From: Zootoca vivipara
Lineage: Eukaryota
Length of the DNA stretch: 64,000 nucleotides
Assembly: GCF_963506605.1 (NCBI RefSeq)
Contig: NC_083288.1
Location: forward strand, 45,818,001 to 45,882,000
Direction of reading: 5' to 3'
Each line of letters begins with the position of its first letter. Position 1 is the first letter of the stretch. Shown piece after piece: positions 12,401-23,290 of this stretch. The notes under the pieces are model-generated. The model ran no database searches, was not told the DNA's origin, and saw only the letters and a program-made list of their open reading frames with translations. Position numbers and translations under genes: made by a program.

Positions 12401-15400
12401 GTTGGGTTTTAGGTTCGAGGGCGCTTATTTCATTGACAAAGCTATGCCCATGGGATGTTCCGTTGCCTGTTCGGCCTTTGAAACATTTAGCACATTCCTG
12501 GACTGGGCCCTTCGTGCTAGGACTGGTCTGTCAGGTGTCACTCATTACCTGGACGACTTCCTTTTCGTGGGGGGAGCGCACAGTGCTGATTGCGCAGGCC
12601 TCATGGAGGCCTTCGCTTCTCTTACAAGCGAACTGGGGGTGCCGCTAGCAGCGGATAAAACTGAAGGACCTGTGTCTCGTTTAACGTATTTAGGTATTGA
12701 ATTGGATACGGTAGCCCAAACCTCGCGTTTACCGGCTGAAAAACTTGCAGCCCTTAAGGAGTTGATTAGCCAGCTTATTCCTCGCAAAAAAGTCACGTTG
12801 AGACAAATCCAATCGCTGCTGGGGCACCTTAATTTCGCTTGTAAAGTAATCTCGCCTGGTCGCCCCTTTTGCCGGAGGGTTGCCAGGCTCACCGTAGGTC
12901 TAACCCGACCGTTCCATAGGGCCCGTTTGCCGAAAGGGGTGAGAGCGGACCTGCGGAACTGGCTTACCTTTCTAGAACACTACAATGGCGTATCTTTATG
13001 GCAGGATAACATCACACTATATTCAGACTTTCAGATTCATTCCGATGCAGCGGGCGCATTGGGTTTCGGGGTATATTTCAGAGGGAGATGGTGTGCTGAA
13101 CCTTGGCCTCCTAGCTGGAAAAACACAGACATTACTCGGGATTTAACATTTCTAGAATTCTTTCCCATAGTGGTAGCAGTACATCTTTGGTCGGACGACT
13201 TCAGGAACCGGAGAGTCTGCTTCAACACGGACAATCAAGCAGTAGTCAGTGTGCTTACCAGGCAATCGTCGCGGTCGGAGAGGGTGTCTGCCCTCCTACG
13301 TCATTTTGTGCTGCACAGTCTCGAGTTAAATATGCACTTCTCAGCCAAATTCGTGCCGGGACAAAATAATAATATCGCAGATGCTTTGTCTCGTTTCCAG
13401 ATGGACCGCTTCCGCTCATTAGCACCGGATGCGCAGCAGTGTCCAGAGAGGTTCCCGGAACACCTATGGAACCTTGGAAACGGGAAATCCTAAAGGGAGT
13501 ATTTGCTTCCGTGGCCCCTGCCACCCTCAGCTCCTACAAACGAGCATGGGCAGACTTCCTTGCCTTCCAGCAGAAGGGCGCTGGTGTGCGCCTTGAGAGC
13601 CCACCTACCCCTGAGGAGGTTATGCAATACGTGGTATACCTCAGAGGGTTGGGCCGCGCCGCCAAGACTCTTGGCATCCACACTGCAGCTATCACCTTTT
13701 TCTCGAAATCTCTTTATCTCACCGACCCGTGCGATAATTTCCATTTGCGTAGAGCAATGGAAGGCTGGCGTAGGCTGCAGCCTCCCGTTCCCGATTCCAG
13801 GCGACCCATTACGTTCGAGATGCTTACCCAAATCCATAGGCAATTGAGAACCCTTTGTTGGTCCAAATTTGAAGCGCGGCTGTTTTCGGCAGCCTTTTCG
13901 ATAGCTTACTTTGGGGCCCTTAGGGTCGGGGAGGTGGTGTGTGAGGACCACCCTGATGGTGTTACCCGGGGTATATTATTACGGGATCTATCGCTGTCCG
14001 ATGCCCAGGCTATCGTGCACGTCCGCCATTCAAAAACGGACCAGAGGGGGAGAGGCGCTAGCATTCGCCTCCCGGCAACAGGCGCCGCAGGTCCTTGTCC
14101 AGTGAAGGACACTAGGCGGTATCTTTATCTCCGACCGCCGGGTCCTGGCCCGTTATTCATTCACCATGATGGTGCACGGCTCACTCGTCAACAATTTACC
14201 AGGGTACTTCGCAAAGCCATTGCATCTTGCGGGTACAACCCCACAGAATTTTCTGCCCATTCCTTTAGAATTGGCGCCGCCACTTCCGCTATGCACCTAG
14301 GTTTGTCATCAGAAAGGATCCAGGAGATGGGGAGATGGAAGTCGAATGCTTACAGAAGGTACATTCGCACGTAGGTAGACTCTGGTGGCGGTGCTGATCC
14401 GGCTTTTCATCTTTACTTTTCAGGTTACCATTTCATCCGGGTTTGGATAGCGGGGCACAGTATAGTGCACTGGGCCCTGAAAAGGGCAATCGAAGTTGGT
14501 CTGGGATGCGGGCTCGGCCTTCCGGAAAATGTGGAGGTTTCCTGGATATCCAGAAGGGGTATGCGGTGGAGCGAGTTGCTGCCGATCATCCAGGCCCGGG
14601 CTGCTTCACTTGGCCCCCCAGAAGTCCTGATTGTGCAACTCGGTGAAAACGACCTAGCTTACCGCAATGCGGTCGATTTGAGGAAACATATATTCAAAGA
14701 TTTCGACGTCATGAGGGAGAGTTTCCCGCGGATGACGTTATTGTGGTCCTCTTTGTTGGAAAGGCGCTGTTGGCGTGACGGCCGTTGCCCTAAAGCCTTG
14801 AACAATTCCAGGAGGCTTTTGAACTCAGTCGTGGCCCGCAGAGTGTTATCCTTGAATGGCCGGGTTATACAGCATCCCACCCTGAAACGAAGTGAAGCAG
14901 CCCTCTATCGCGAGGATGGCGTTCACCTTTCTCCGATCGGGAATGACGCCTGGCTACTGAACGTTATTGCTGCCATTCGAGATGTCCTGGACATATAGAT
15001 CTTAATTAGGCGAATAAGAGAGTAGGGTCACACCTCCCCGATAATATCTTAATTCATATCTTATAACAAATTAACCGAGGGCTAAGCTACTAATTAGGGT
15101 TACGCTAAAAATTAATATCTAGGTGCCTATAACATGTGAGCGGATTGGCGGCGAGCCTGGGGGGGCTCGAGTGGCGGTTAGGCGTTGGAAATTTGCATAA
15201 CAATAAGATGGAGGAGGGGCAGATTGCGTCATCACCTGCCCAAATTTGGAGAAGTAATTCCGTTAAAGGATTCCGGGGGCGAGGCTTGGTCCAGAGCCTG
15301 GAGTCGCCAGGGCCGTAAGGCACGCCCCGTACGGTGGCCACAGAAGGAGTTCCGGTTGATCGGCATCGCCGGGTTCCTTACTGGTGGTTAACTTCTCACG

Positions 15401-18120
15401 GACTCCAACACACGGGTTGGAGTCGGATTTAGTCTGATAGGTTCCAACGCCTAAGCCAATTCCGCTCAACATGCATATTTAATAAAGTTGTGGCCTGAAC
15501 CACCCAATTAACCTTTAAATTCTGTGTCACGTGTCATTATTACACTGATCGGAGGGCATTGCTACACAAAGCCACTTCCGTGCCTTTGCCGGAGGTGGAG
15601 TTGTGGGCAGCCCGACGAGCCCATTGCGTGGGGGCTGCAGTGTCAGCCCCTACGCAATGGTAGTGCCCGCCTGCGTCATCCGCCCCCTTGTCCAATAGGG
15701 ATGAGGGGGCGGGGCCGCAGCGTTTAAACCCCTTCGCGCGGCCGGGGCCCGTTCTCTTTCTCCTTGTTCGCCGGAGCGAACAGAAGCACCCGCCCACCCG
15801 CCCCTTAAAAAGAGAATAGGGGGCGCTGCTGCGGACCTGGTCGGTTGCCTGGTTAGTCAGTGGACCGGGTAGGACTTTTCCCATACTGGGCTAGCCATGA
15901 TGGGTTTTTCGCCTACCTCGTAGCATGTCGTCACAACTTAGGTTAGGCGGTTAGGCGTTGGAAATTTGCATAACAATAAGATGGAGGAGGGGCAGATTGC
16001 GTCATCACCTGCCCAAATTTGGAGAAGTAATTCCGTTAAAGGATTCCGGGGGCGAGGCTTGGTCCAGAGCCTGGAGTCGCCAGGGCCGTAAGGCACGCCC
16101 CGTACGGTGGCCACAGAAGGAGTTCCGGTTGATCGGCATCGCCGGGTTCCTTACTGGTGGTTAACTTCTCACGGACTCCAACACACGGGTTGGAGTCGGA
16201 TTTAGTCTGATAGGTTCCAACGCCTAAGCCAATTCCGCTCAACATGCATATTTAATAAAGTTGTGGCCTGAACCACCCAATTAACCTTTAAATTCTGTGT
16301 CACGTGTCATTATTACACTGATCGGAGGGCATTGCTACACAATAATAATAACAACAAACAACAACAATAATAATTTTACGATTTATAAAAAACACAATAA
16401 AACAGCTCATCCACATTTGCATTTCCTCCACTCTTTCAAGAAACGTCCTGTGCTTTAGGGCTCTGTCCCACAGTGCTCCCTCATGAAAACCAGCTCTTTA
16501 AAGCTGAATGGAAGCAAATGATTCAGCTTTGAAGAGTGGATTTTCACAGGGAAAGTTGTTGGGGGGGGCAGTTTGGACACAGAGCACTGAAGTGCAGACT
16601 TCTGCCTTGAAAGAGCGGGGCTAAGAACTGAATCCTGATGCATTAACATCCCAGTTGGTATAAAGAAGATCCCTCAAGAGAACAGGAGAATCCATACCTG
16701 ATTAAAATGACTGTGCCACACAATCATATGCTCATTAATGGTGAATTTGCTTTCTTCTAAATCATTGGGATCCACCTTTCCAACTCTCACTGTCTGGAAG
16801 GAGTTGTTGGGGAATAGGACCAGGTTCGTTATATCAAACCCACTTCTCATTTCCCTTTTATTATTAAAAGACACAGCTTCATTTGCTGAGTTGTTAAATG
16901 AAATGTCTCGGAGAAATTGGTGGAGCTAGTTGGGGGGAAAACAGAGCAAGTAACAGAAGGTGTAACATGGTTGTGGGAATTTTAGACTCAAATTCGTTTC
17001 AGGTTCTGCACCACCTGTTCATTAGCCAGCTGAGGGTACACTTTTTAAAATTAAACACAGAACCAAGAACCTGGTTTCTTAACTATCGTGATAGGACTGC
17101 CTTCCCAACCAGTTGCCTTCCCAACCAAATTCTCTAATTGGGAAAAGCATTGAGTCTCTTTCCCAAGGCAGTGGATTGAAGCAAAGGGAGATTTAGCACA
17201 CTTACCATTAGTTGTTTCTATTATATTTTGTATGTCATCTTCATATATACAAAGATTTATGTTTGAAATAAGATTCGCAAAGGCATCACGTATATTACAG
17301 TGAGAATAGGGTTCTGGATGAGATGGGATTTTGGTCCGATCTACAAGTCCTCTTATGTTCATATGTAGGCTCCACCTTTCTTTGATTTAGAACCCTGAAT
17401 GTGCAGGGGGAGCCTCAATGGAGAGGGAATTCCATGCATCAGAAGAATGCCCTTCAGTTCATGGTGGTGGGTTGTTAGGATAGGGACTATGTCTATCAGC
17501 TCCATCTGGTACGCAGGCTGAGTCCCTACCTGCCTGCAGACTGTCTCGCCAGAGTGGTGCATGCTCTAGTTATCTCCCGCTTGGACTATTGCAATGCTCT
17601 CTATGTGGGGCTACCTTTGAAGGTGACCCGGAAACTACAACTAATCCAGAATGCAGCAGCTAGACTGGTGACTGGGAGCGGCCGCCGAGACCACATAACT
17701 TTGGTCTTGAAAGACTTGCATTGGCTCCCAGTACGTTTCCGAGCACAGTTCAAAGTGTTGGTGCTGACCTTTAAAGCCATAAACAGCCTCAGTCCAGTAT
17801 ACCTGAAGGAGCGTCTCCACCCCCATTGTTCTGCCCGGACACTGAGGTCCAGTACCGAGGGCCTTCTGGCGGTTCCCTCGTTGCGAGAAGCCAAGTTTCA
17901 GGGAACCAGGCAGAGGGCCTTCTCAGTGGTGGTGCCCACCCTGTGGAATACCCTCCCATCAGATGTCAAAGAGAAAAACAGCTACCAGATTTTTACAAGG
18001 CATTTGAAGGCAGCCCTGTTTATGGAGGCTTTTAATGTTTAATAGATTATTTCATTTCATTTTTCTGTTGGAAGCCGCCCAGAGTGGCTGGGGACCCCAG
18101 CAGCCAGATGGTATAAATAA

Positions 18121-18157
<37 letters not shown>

Positions 18158-20740
18158 GGTTTCTGAAACATCCCCACCTTCCAGGAATGCCCAAATAAAA
18201 CTGTAATCTCACCATGTACTAATTAATCCATTGAAATAAACAGTTTAGTTATTGAGACATTACCTGCCAAGGCTGCATAGATTGATGTTTCATACTATTA
18301 CTTTCTTTGTGCTTGGGTCTAGATGTGAACATAGCATGCAGTGCATGAGCAAAAGCATAGACAGCATTGTAGATACTGTAGCTGTGGCCAGTCATGTCCA
18401 TCTCAAAAAGAGCTGTGGGAAGACTCTCCAGCCTCTCATCTCCTGTACAAGTTTCATCATCAATGATAGGCACCCCCAGATCTGGCAATAAACAGTCAAA
18501 GGCTTCCTGCCAGAAGTCTTTGAGGAAACCACTTCCTTGCGTCCTCTCAGGCTTTGCAGCCTGAATAAATTCTTTGAACACTAAAAGCTCTTTTGTGTGA
18601 ACAGAGAAAGAAATGGCACCTTGGAACAACTGGAGATCCCAACCCCTTTGAAGGCCAGTTAAAATGAAATCAATCTGGGTTGTCATAATCCACACTTTTC
18701 CAAATACTGTGCTGTTATAATTGACGGCATCTTGAAGAAATACAAAAGTTCTGAACGTTGCAATTGTCATTGATCCTCCATACATGATAAATGTACTGGG
18801 TTTTTTATTTGTTAATGGTAAATATACAGGTGAAGCTATGGCAAGTATGTCCAGAGGGTTATCCAGTTGGACTTGTTCTGGCATTCTTTTGGTGAACGCT
18901 GAACAAATTCCATTCTGGAAAAATAATGATTCTATAGTCTGCAAGAATTGTTCTCCACTGTTCCCATCCACAACAAAGAGCCCAATCCATGTCCACCTAA
19001 ACCTCTGAAGAAGCCGAATAATCCCCATATACTGATGGACTTCATTTGGAGCCATGTGGTAAAAGTAAGAGAGCTGTGTGCCCATCTTTGGGGGAAAGGA
19101 GCCATATGTGAGCTGAAAGGAAAATGCATAGATATATCATAAAGAAAACTGAAGACTAGTCTTGTGTAAATGCATTTTTATGACAGAGAGAGCTAGAGAG
19201 ATTTGGTTAGTGCTGAGGAGGGTACAATGTGGATTTCATGGGATATAAGTTCAAGAATGCTTCAGGGGAATTCTTTCACATTTGAGGAATATGGTGCAAT
19301 TCCCAGTTTTATTTTTCTGAAGGTTGCTTCCCTCCTTCCATCCGGACCAAATATTTTATTAGATAGTAATGAGATGTGTGGAATATGGATTTCCCCAGAT
19401 TCCCCCCCCCACACACACAAAGAAACCCACCTGAGGAATCTTGTAGAGACCAATGATGTCTGCCATACAGTGGGAGGTGCGAGAGCCAAGTCCTCCTGTG
19501 ATAGCTATGAGTTTTTTCTGGCTGTCACATTTGTAGTTAGGGACAAATCTATCTGACTTGAAGAGAAGGTCCAGAGTGGTTCGGTAGGTCATCCTTGCAT
19601 CACAGTAGCTGTCATAAATGTGGAACCCAAGCGTAACATTGGGCAAGATCTTGGGATTCTCATTGATCTCCTTCACAGCAAATGCCAAAGCAAGCAGGTG
19701 CTGATAGAACTTTGTCACCACACTGCCAATATAATTGATTTGTTATATCTGGAACATGTTATCAGAAAGCCTGGCAAGACTTTAGTCAATATGAGATCAT
19801 GGCCCAGTGACAGGAGTGGCGTTATTACTCTGATAAAGCTTGAGAATATGGCCCTCCCTCAAATAATTAGTGTAGTACAAAGTAAAATAAAAATAAATCA
19901 CCTGGTCAAAAAGGTCAAAAAGAGTCTGCACTTCAGTGCTGTCTTGGCTTACTTTTATTTTTATTTACATTCAAGTTTTGCTATCAGTATTTTGCTTCTT
20001 AGGAAACCAGTTTGCCTTCTGTCCTTCAGATTTTGAAGCTTCTCAGAGCAGCCTTTTAAGGTTGGGCTCATAGATATTTTTTGAAAGATTATTGTTTTTG
20101 TATGCTTCAATTTCCTTTTTGTTTTCATTTTGGCTTGTTTATCCCCTTGCTCAGACTTTACTAATTCAATTTCAACCATTTTCCATCTATTTTTACCTGT
20201 CTAAACTTTCCCATCTGAACAATTCAGGATCCTGGATTCAACCCACTCAACCTTCCAACTGAATCCATAGAAGAAAATCATTTGCATCCCTGTTTGGATT
20301 GCTGATTGGTTTCCCCATTGTACTGAAAATGGAGAACCTCGGGAAATGTGAAAATTTCATTAAATAAAAAAAACCCCACAGAGAACCAAATCTCACTCCC
20401 AACCCACTTCTTGCTTTCCACTCTAAACTTGGTAAAATGCATTAAGCTCAGAAAATACACGTGTGGAAAGCAATACTTACTGTGGCACATCAAAAAGTGT
20501 CAGAGAAGGATGTTTCAAGAAGTCAACTTCATGGTCAACATAATATGTATGAGAAGTCATCCCACCAATGATGAGGCCCCCTGGTTGGTACCACTCATGT
20601 GGAACAGGGAGCGGGTCATTTTGGGGGCACTTTACAGCATTCACTTCGCACACCATAAGAAGCAACAGAATGAGCCATACTATTACACACAGCATTCTGA
20701 AAGCAAAGTATCCCTCTACATGCAGACATTCTTGTCCCAT
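6490..20740 (-). CDS. Vmn2r: Vomeronasal type-2 receptor gene A1 (~883 aa). Exons 20740-20481, 19722-19431, 19112-18264, 16925-16698, 7611-7485, 7385-6490
   Basis: Six GT-AG exons with compatible phases and an open frame. VFT domain (LPNVTLG), Cys-rich exon (CCYDC), class C GPCR 7TM ([24 protein letters not shown]). Confidence 0.92.
7926..8283 (-). mobile_element. Sauria SINE (lacertid type)
   Basis: tRNA-like head with A/B boxes (GGTGGCACTGTGG...GGTTCGAATCC) and (ACCTTT)n tail. Flanked by a 92-bp direct repeat. Confidence 0.92.
8412..8633 (+). repeat. Terminal repeat A1 (222 bp), containing CCAAT, GC box and TATA-like TTTAAA
   Basis: Appears identical to 15568-15789. Confidence 0.95.
10168..10345. 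other. Assembly gap
   Basis: Run of N. Confidence 1.
10412..11881 (+). CDS. gag: Ngaro ORF1, Gag-like
   Basis: Strong Kozak GCGACCATGG and C-terminal Cys/His finger [27 protein letters not shown]. Confidence 0.85.
   Translation: MASKGKQGQAKNLAAKVNPKAFAQAVNALQSICGQLGPLCSTLVPLAESLQDDSPPNSQDCVADTQLDDLDGPSTSASFFSTSTSGGVSDGAQGPRTRSQKARSNTPGQQSVASGSQVLSSCSGAAQSVAGQMGTQPAVAAAQQGAQARDSTTDDEAAGRAVGGVAESRDGEDRRQGGKAKKKSEKRKRSRRDDSDDDTGTSSDSECDIPMEDYWGVGEDQMGFPLWVHKRRASSHRKSFRGTLEWRDGALIPDEKYATNSDTDILLGSHLSDKKREKILNGDYIDVFTILPLTQMMGKGEKRRDYRGRRYRTPRADRTFENWLEGIHIWAAVISAAYPKRAVHLFAYMADVRLAHKMAGETAALNYDEDFRRNASKNPKTRWDQRHQHYWSNHVVPYVEKKQTDPPKAGRFEPKKDPRRRVCWEFNKGLCQRPNCKYTHECEKCLGQHPGVSCFKGKQSFRGAKGNSHQGPRYPPGASHGAASGQNRF
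11604..13493 (+). CDS. Ngaro ORF2, reverse transcriptase-RNase H
   Basis: RT motifs [38 protein letters not shown]. RNase H motifs [19 protein letters not shown]. Confidence 0.95.
   Translation: MLRKNKLTPRKRAGLSLKKTHGVGSVGSSIKVFARGPTANTLTNVRSAWVSIRGYLASRESSPFGGPRAILTRAPDTPPVPPTVQPQDRIDSNCSLAIANSPVKLNPLKKLLALYPNRSAAVYLEEGFSSGFRIPVQTPPSTTDPPNQKSVRECPDIAVKKINKELSAGRVAGPFLTPPIANLHISPLGIVPKKAPGEFRLIHNLSHPRGSSVNDGIPQELCTVKYASFDHAVKLVRQFGEGAMMAKCDIESAFRLLPVHPHDYKWLGFRFEGAYFIDKAMPMGCSVACSAFETFSTFLDWALRARTGLSGVTHYLDDFLFVGGAHSADCAGLMEAFASLTSELGVPLAADKTEGPVSRLTYLGIELDTVAQTSRLPAEKLAALKELISQLIPRKKVTLRQIQSLLGHLNFACKVISPGRPFCRRVARLTVGLTRPFHRARLPKGVRADLRNWLTFLEHYNGVSLWQDNITLYSDFQIHSDAAGALGFGVYFRGRWCAEPWPPSWKNTDITRDLTFLEFFPIVVAVHLWSDDFRNRRVCFNTDNQAVVSVLTRQSSRSERVSALLRHFVLHSLELNMHFSAKFVPGQNNNIADALSRFQMDRFRSLAPDAQQCPERFPEHLWNLGNGKS
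13466..14374 (+). CDS. Ngaro ORF3, tyrosine recombinase
   Basis: ALRVGE (R), HSKTD (K), HSFRIG (HxxR), GRWKS...YRRY (W, Y). Confidence 0.95.
   Translation: MEPWKREILKGVFASVAPATLSSYKRAWADFLAFQQKGAGVRLESPPTPEEVMQYVVYLRGLGRAAKTLGIHTAAITFFSKSLYLTDPCDNFHLRRAMEGWRRLQPPVPDSRRPITFEMLTQIHRQLRTLCWSKFEARLFSAAFSIAYFGALRVGEVVCEDHPDGVTRGILLRDLSLSDAQAIVHVRHSKTDQRGRGASIRLPATGAAGPCPVKDTRRYLYLRPPGPGPLFIHHDGARLTRQQFTRVLRKAIASCGYNPTEFSAHSFRIGAATSAMHLGLSSERIQEMGRWKSNAYRRYIRT
14424..14998 (+). CDS. Ngaro ORF4, SGNH/GDSL hydrolase (esterase) with no own ATG before the catalytic Ser
   Basis: Block I VWIAGHS (14441-14461), block II RRGMRW, block III QLGENDL, block V EDGVHL. Confidence 0.88.
15173..16340 (+). repeat. 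3' repeat array B1 (395 bp), A2 (222 bp), unique spacer (156 bp), B2 (395 bp)
   Basis: B1 and B2 appear identical and each contains AATAAA. Confidence 0.95.
17500..18157 (+). mobile_element. L2-type LINE 3' fragment
   Basis: [16 protein letters not shown]...[11 protein letters not shown]...LHWLPV, with an (ATT)n tail. Confidence 0.9.
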
Positions 20741-20919
20741 AACTAGCCACTGGCTAGCATAAATCGATATGATTTGATGGTTTCATCCCAATGCAGAAAT
20801 CTGCGAGAAAATCATTAGCCTTACATTTAGCACTGTCTGGAATGGGCAGCTATTTAATTCCAAACATGTGTCAAAGTTGCCTCTTGCACGTAAACCCATC
20901 TCCCCTAGGCCCAGTGGTT

Positions 20920-21085
20920 TATTTATAATAACTTTCACATGTGTTTTCTCCTGCCTTCTGGAAAACCTCCAGAACTTCAGCAAGGTAAACAAATTATAGT
21001 ATTTGGATAATTGCAGGGGGAGATAATTACGTCTTCACGGTTTAGATTCTGAGTGACACTTTTGCTAGGAAACATGTTGATTTCC
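20920..21085 (-). promoter_or_regulatory. Conserved V2R upstream block, candidate promoter
   Basis: Homologous non-coding block upstream of all four full V2R genes (also ~32075-32230, ~45820-45993, ~55278-55455). Confidence 0.6.
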
Positions 21086-21442
21086 AACAGAAGCCTTCTC
21101 CTCTCCCTAAAGGGGTGAGAAATTGAAACTTTTTCGCAGACTTCTGTGGTAAGCAAACTCCAGGGTGGCCATTTTGGCCGAACCACATTGCCCTGCCCTA
21201 CACCTAGAGATGTATGAATGTCTCTCAATCTGTTCCAACATTCATACAATCTATTCCAACATTCACACACCCTTTTTTTTGGGGGGGGGGGTACTTACTG
21301 TTCCACTGTGATTGGTGTATTTGTATTTCAAACAATTCTCCCTTTTTGTCTTATACTGATGAGTGTTAAATGTATCACACAATAGACATACATAGCTCAT
21401 CTATCAACATCTGCCTCATTTACAAATCAATAATATCCCCTG

Positions 21443-21804
21443 TAAAGGTAAAGGGGCCCCTGACCATCAGGTCCAATCGTGTCTGACTCTGGGGTTGTGA
21501 CGCTCATCTCGCTATATAGGCCGAGGGAGCCGGTGTTTGTCCGCAGACAGCTTCCGGGTCATATGGCCAGCATGACAAAGCTGCTTCTGGTGAACCAGAG
21601 CAGCGCACGGAAACGCTGTTTACCTTCCCGCCGGAGCGGTCCCTATTTATCTACTTGCACTTTGATGTGCTTTCGAACTGCTAGGTGGGCAGGAGCTGGG
21701 ACCGAGCAACGGGAGCTCACCCCGTTGCAGGGATTCGAACCACCGACCTTCTGATCATCAAGCCCTAGACTCTGTAGTTTAACCCACAGCGCTACCTGGG
21801 TCCC
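21443..21804 (-). mobile_element. Sauria SINE
   Basis: Same family as 7926-8283, with an imperfect TSD of about 14 bp (TAAT..CCCCTGTA). Confidence 0.92.
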
Positions 21805-22070
21805 TAATCCCCCCTGTATTTTCTTTTTTAAAAAATGAGAGAGAGAAAGAGAGACTTCTAAAGGGGGAAAGCCCTGCTACTCTTTTGCAGGAAAAGCAAC
21901 AAAGTATCTTGTGGCATTTTAAATACAAAGTTAATGAAGTGGCTAATAGCCCATGGCAAAGGCATCCATGAGTACAAACATAACCATATTTGATCTGAAG
22001 TAAATCTCATGAATTAATTGAAGTTTATTGCGGCCTATCTCACAATGATGTTTTCTCATTTCACTATAAT

Positions 22071-22072
<2 letters not shown>

Positions 22073-22127
<55 letters not shown>
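22073..22127. repeat. (AG)n microsatellite
   Basis: Perfect dinucleotide run. Confidence 0.95.
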
Positions 22128-22130
<3 letters not shown>

Positions 22131-23290
22131 ATTTCTCTCACTCAGGCATCAAGGGAGGAGAATTTAGCTAAAAAATGAAATTGGAGGAGAGGGAGGAAAG
22201 GAAATTTAAAATTAAATTCTACTTTATGAACAAAGATTTGGGAGAATGGAAGGGTAGTCAGAAACTGTCAGATTGCTATCCCCATATCCACAAATATTTT
22301 TTTAAAAATGTCCCCAGGTGAAATGAACAAAAATGAGAGATATTTTTCCCTTTTGTTAACAAAAATAGTAGGCCTATAACAAATAGCATTCTAGAATCTA
22401 AAAAAGCAAATAAGCACCTGTTGGGACAGTGAAAAATATATATTGGTGAATATTCATATAATTGCAAAGCAATTTACCTCTCTCTTTCTTTTTATACAAA
22501 TGCATAAAATCTTGGAGATGCTGCTTTACTACATTTTTTTTTATCATCACTCATGCTTAACTGGGGATAATGGGAGCTGGAGTCCAAAAACATCTGGCAG
22601 ACTACAGGTTCATCACTATTGACCAGCACCATTGTTAAGATATTGTAGAATAGGTTCTCATAAAATCATTACAAAGGCAGTACTGCCCATTACATTATGC
22701 AGTCACACTTTAGAAGTCTGTGCTAATATTCAGTCACCACCTATACCCCAACATTTCTCATCCAGTGTGTTCAGACCTAGAATTACTGCTCACCCATTAA
22801 AGCGGTGGGTGGGGTTTGCGACCTGGCGTGGGCTTCCCTAGCCTAGATGACACCCCCTTTTTGCTTGCTGGCCATCACTCCGCCCCCTCCTCAGCTAGCC
22901 AATAGGCTGCTGGCTGGGGGGGGGGGCGGAGCAAAGGCCAGGTAGGAAAGGCTCCAGCTGACCACCCCATGTTGTTATTCAAAATATACACTTTGTTTTA
23001 TGACTGTTTTGCTTCCATATTTTTCTTTCTGTCTCATTTTAAATTATATCCATTGGATGTAGAACTTCATGATAGGAATAAAATAAAAAAATAGGTTTTC
23101 TGGGGATCATCATGTGTCGTTGACCTTTTCTGGGGCGATCGACTGCTCAACCCCCCCACCCCACCCCACCCCTGCCATCTCTCAATCATCACGCCAATCA
23201 GGCAAAAGGGAAGAGGCAGAAGTGGAGGCTCCTGAGTGGCACTGGGTGGGTTCCAGAAGCTCCAGTCCCAGTGTGGATACCGAATGTCGC

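Larger units (their letters stand above)
8412..16342 (+). mobile_element. Full-length Ngaro-type tyrosine-recombinase retrotransposon with split direct repeats
   Basis: A1 8412-8633, gag, RT-RNaseH, YR, SGNH hydrolase, B1 15173-15567, A2 15568-15789, B2 15946-16340. Inserted in an (AAT)n run with no TSD. Confidence 0.95.

Noticed and set aside
14359-14423. Short intron fusing YR directly to the hydrolase (donors at 14359 or 14371)
   Set aside because: Both donors are phase 2 while the acceptor needs phase 1, so the products would be frameshifted.
15895-15945. Hammerhead-like TGACGA...hairpin...CGAAA on the minus strand of the Ngaro spacer (also at ~2810-2842)
   Set aside because: The core is GUGACGA rather than CUGANGA, and no stem I/III or NUH site could be built. 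Kept only as a conserved motif.
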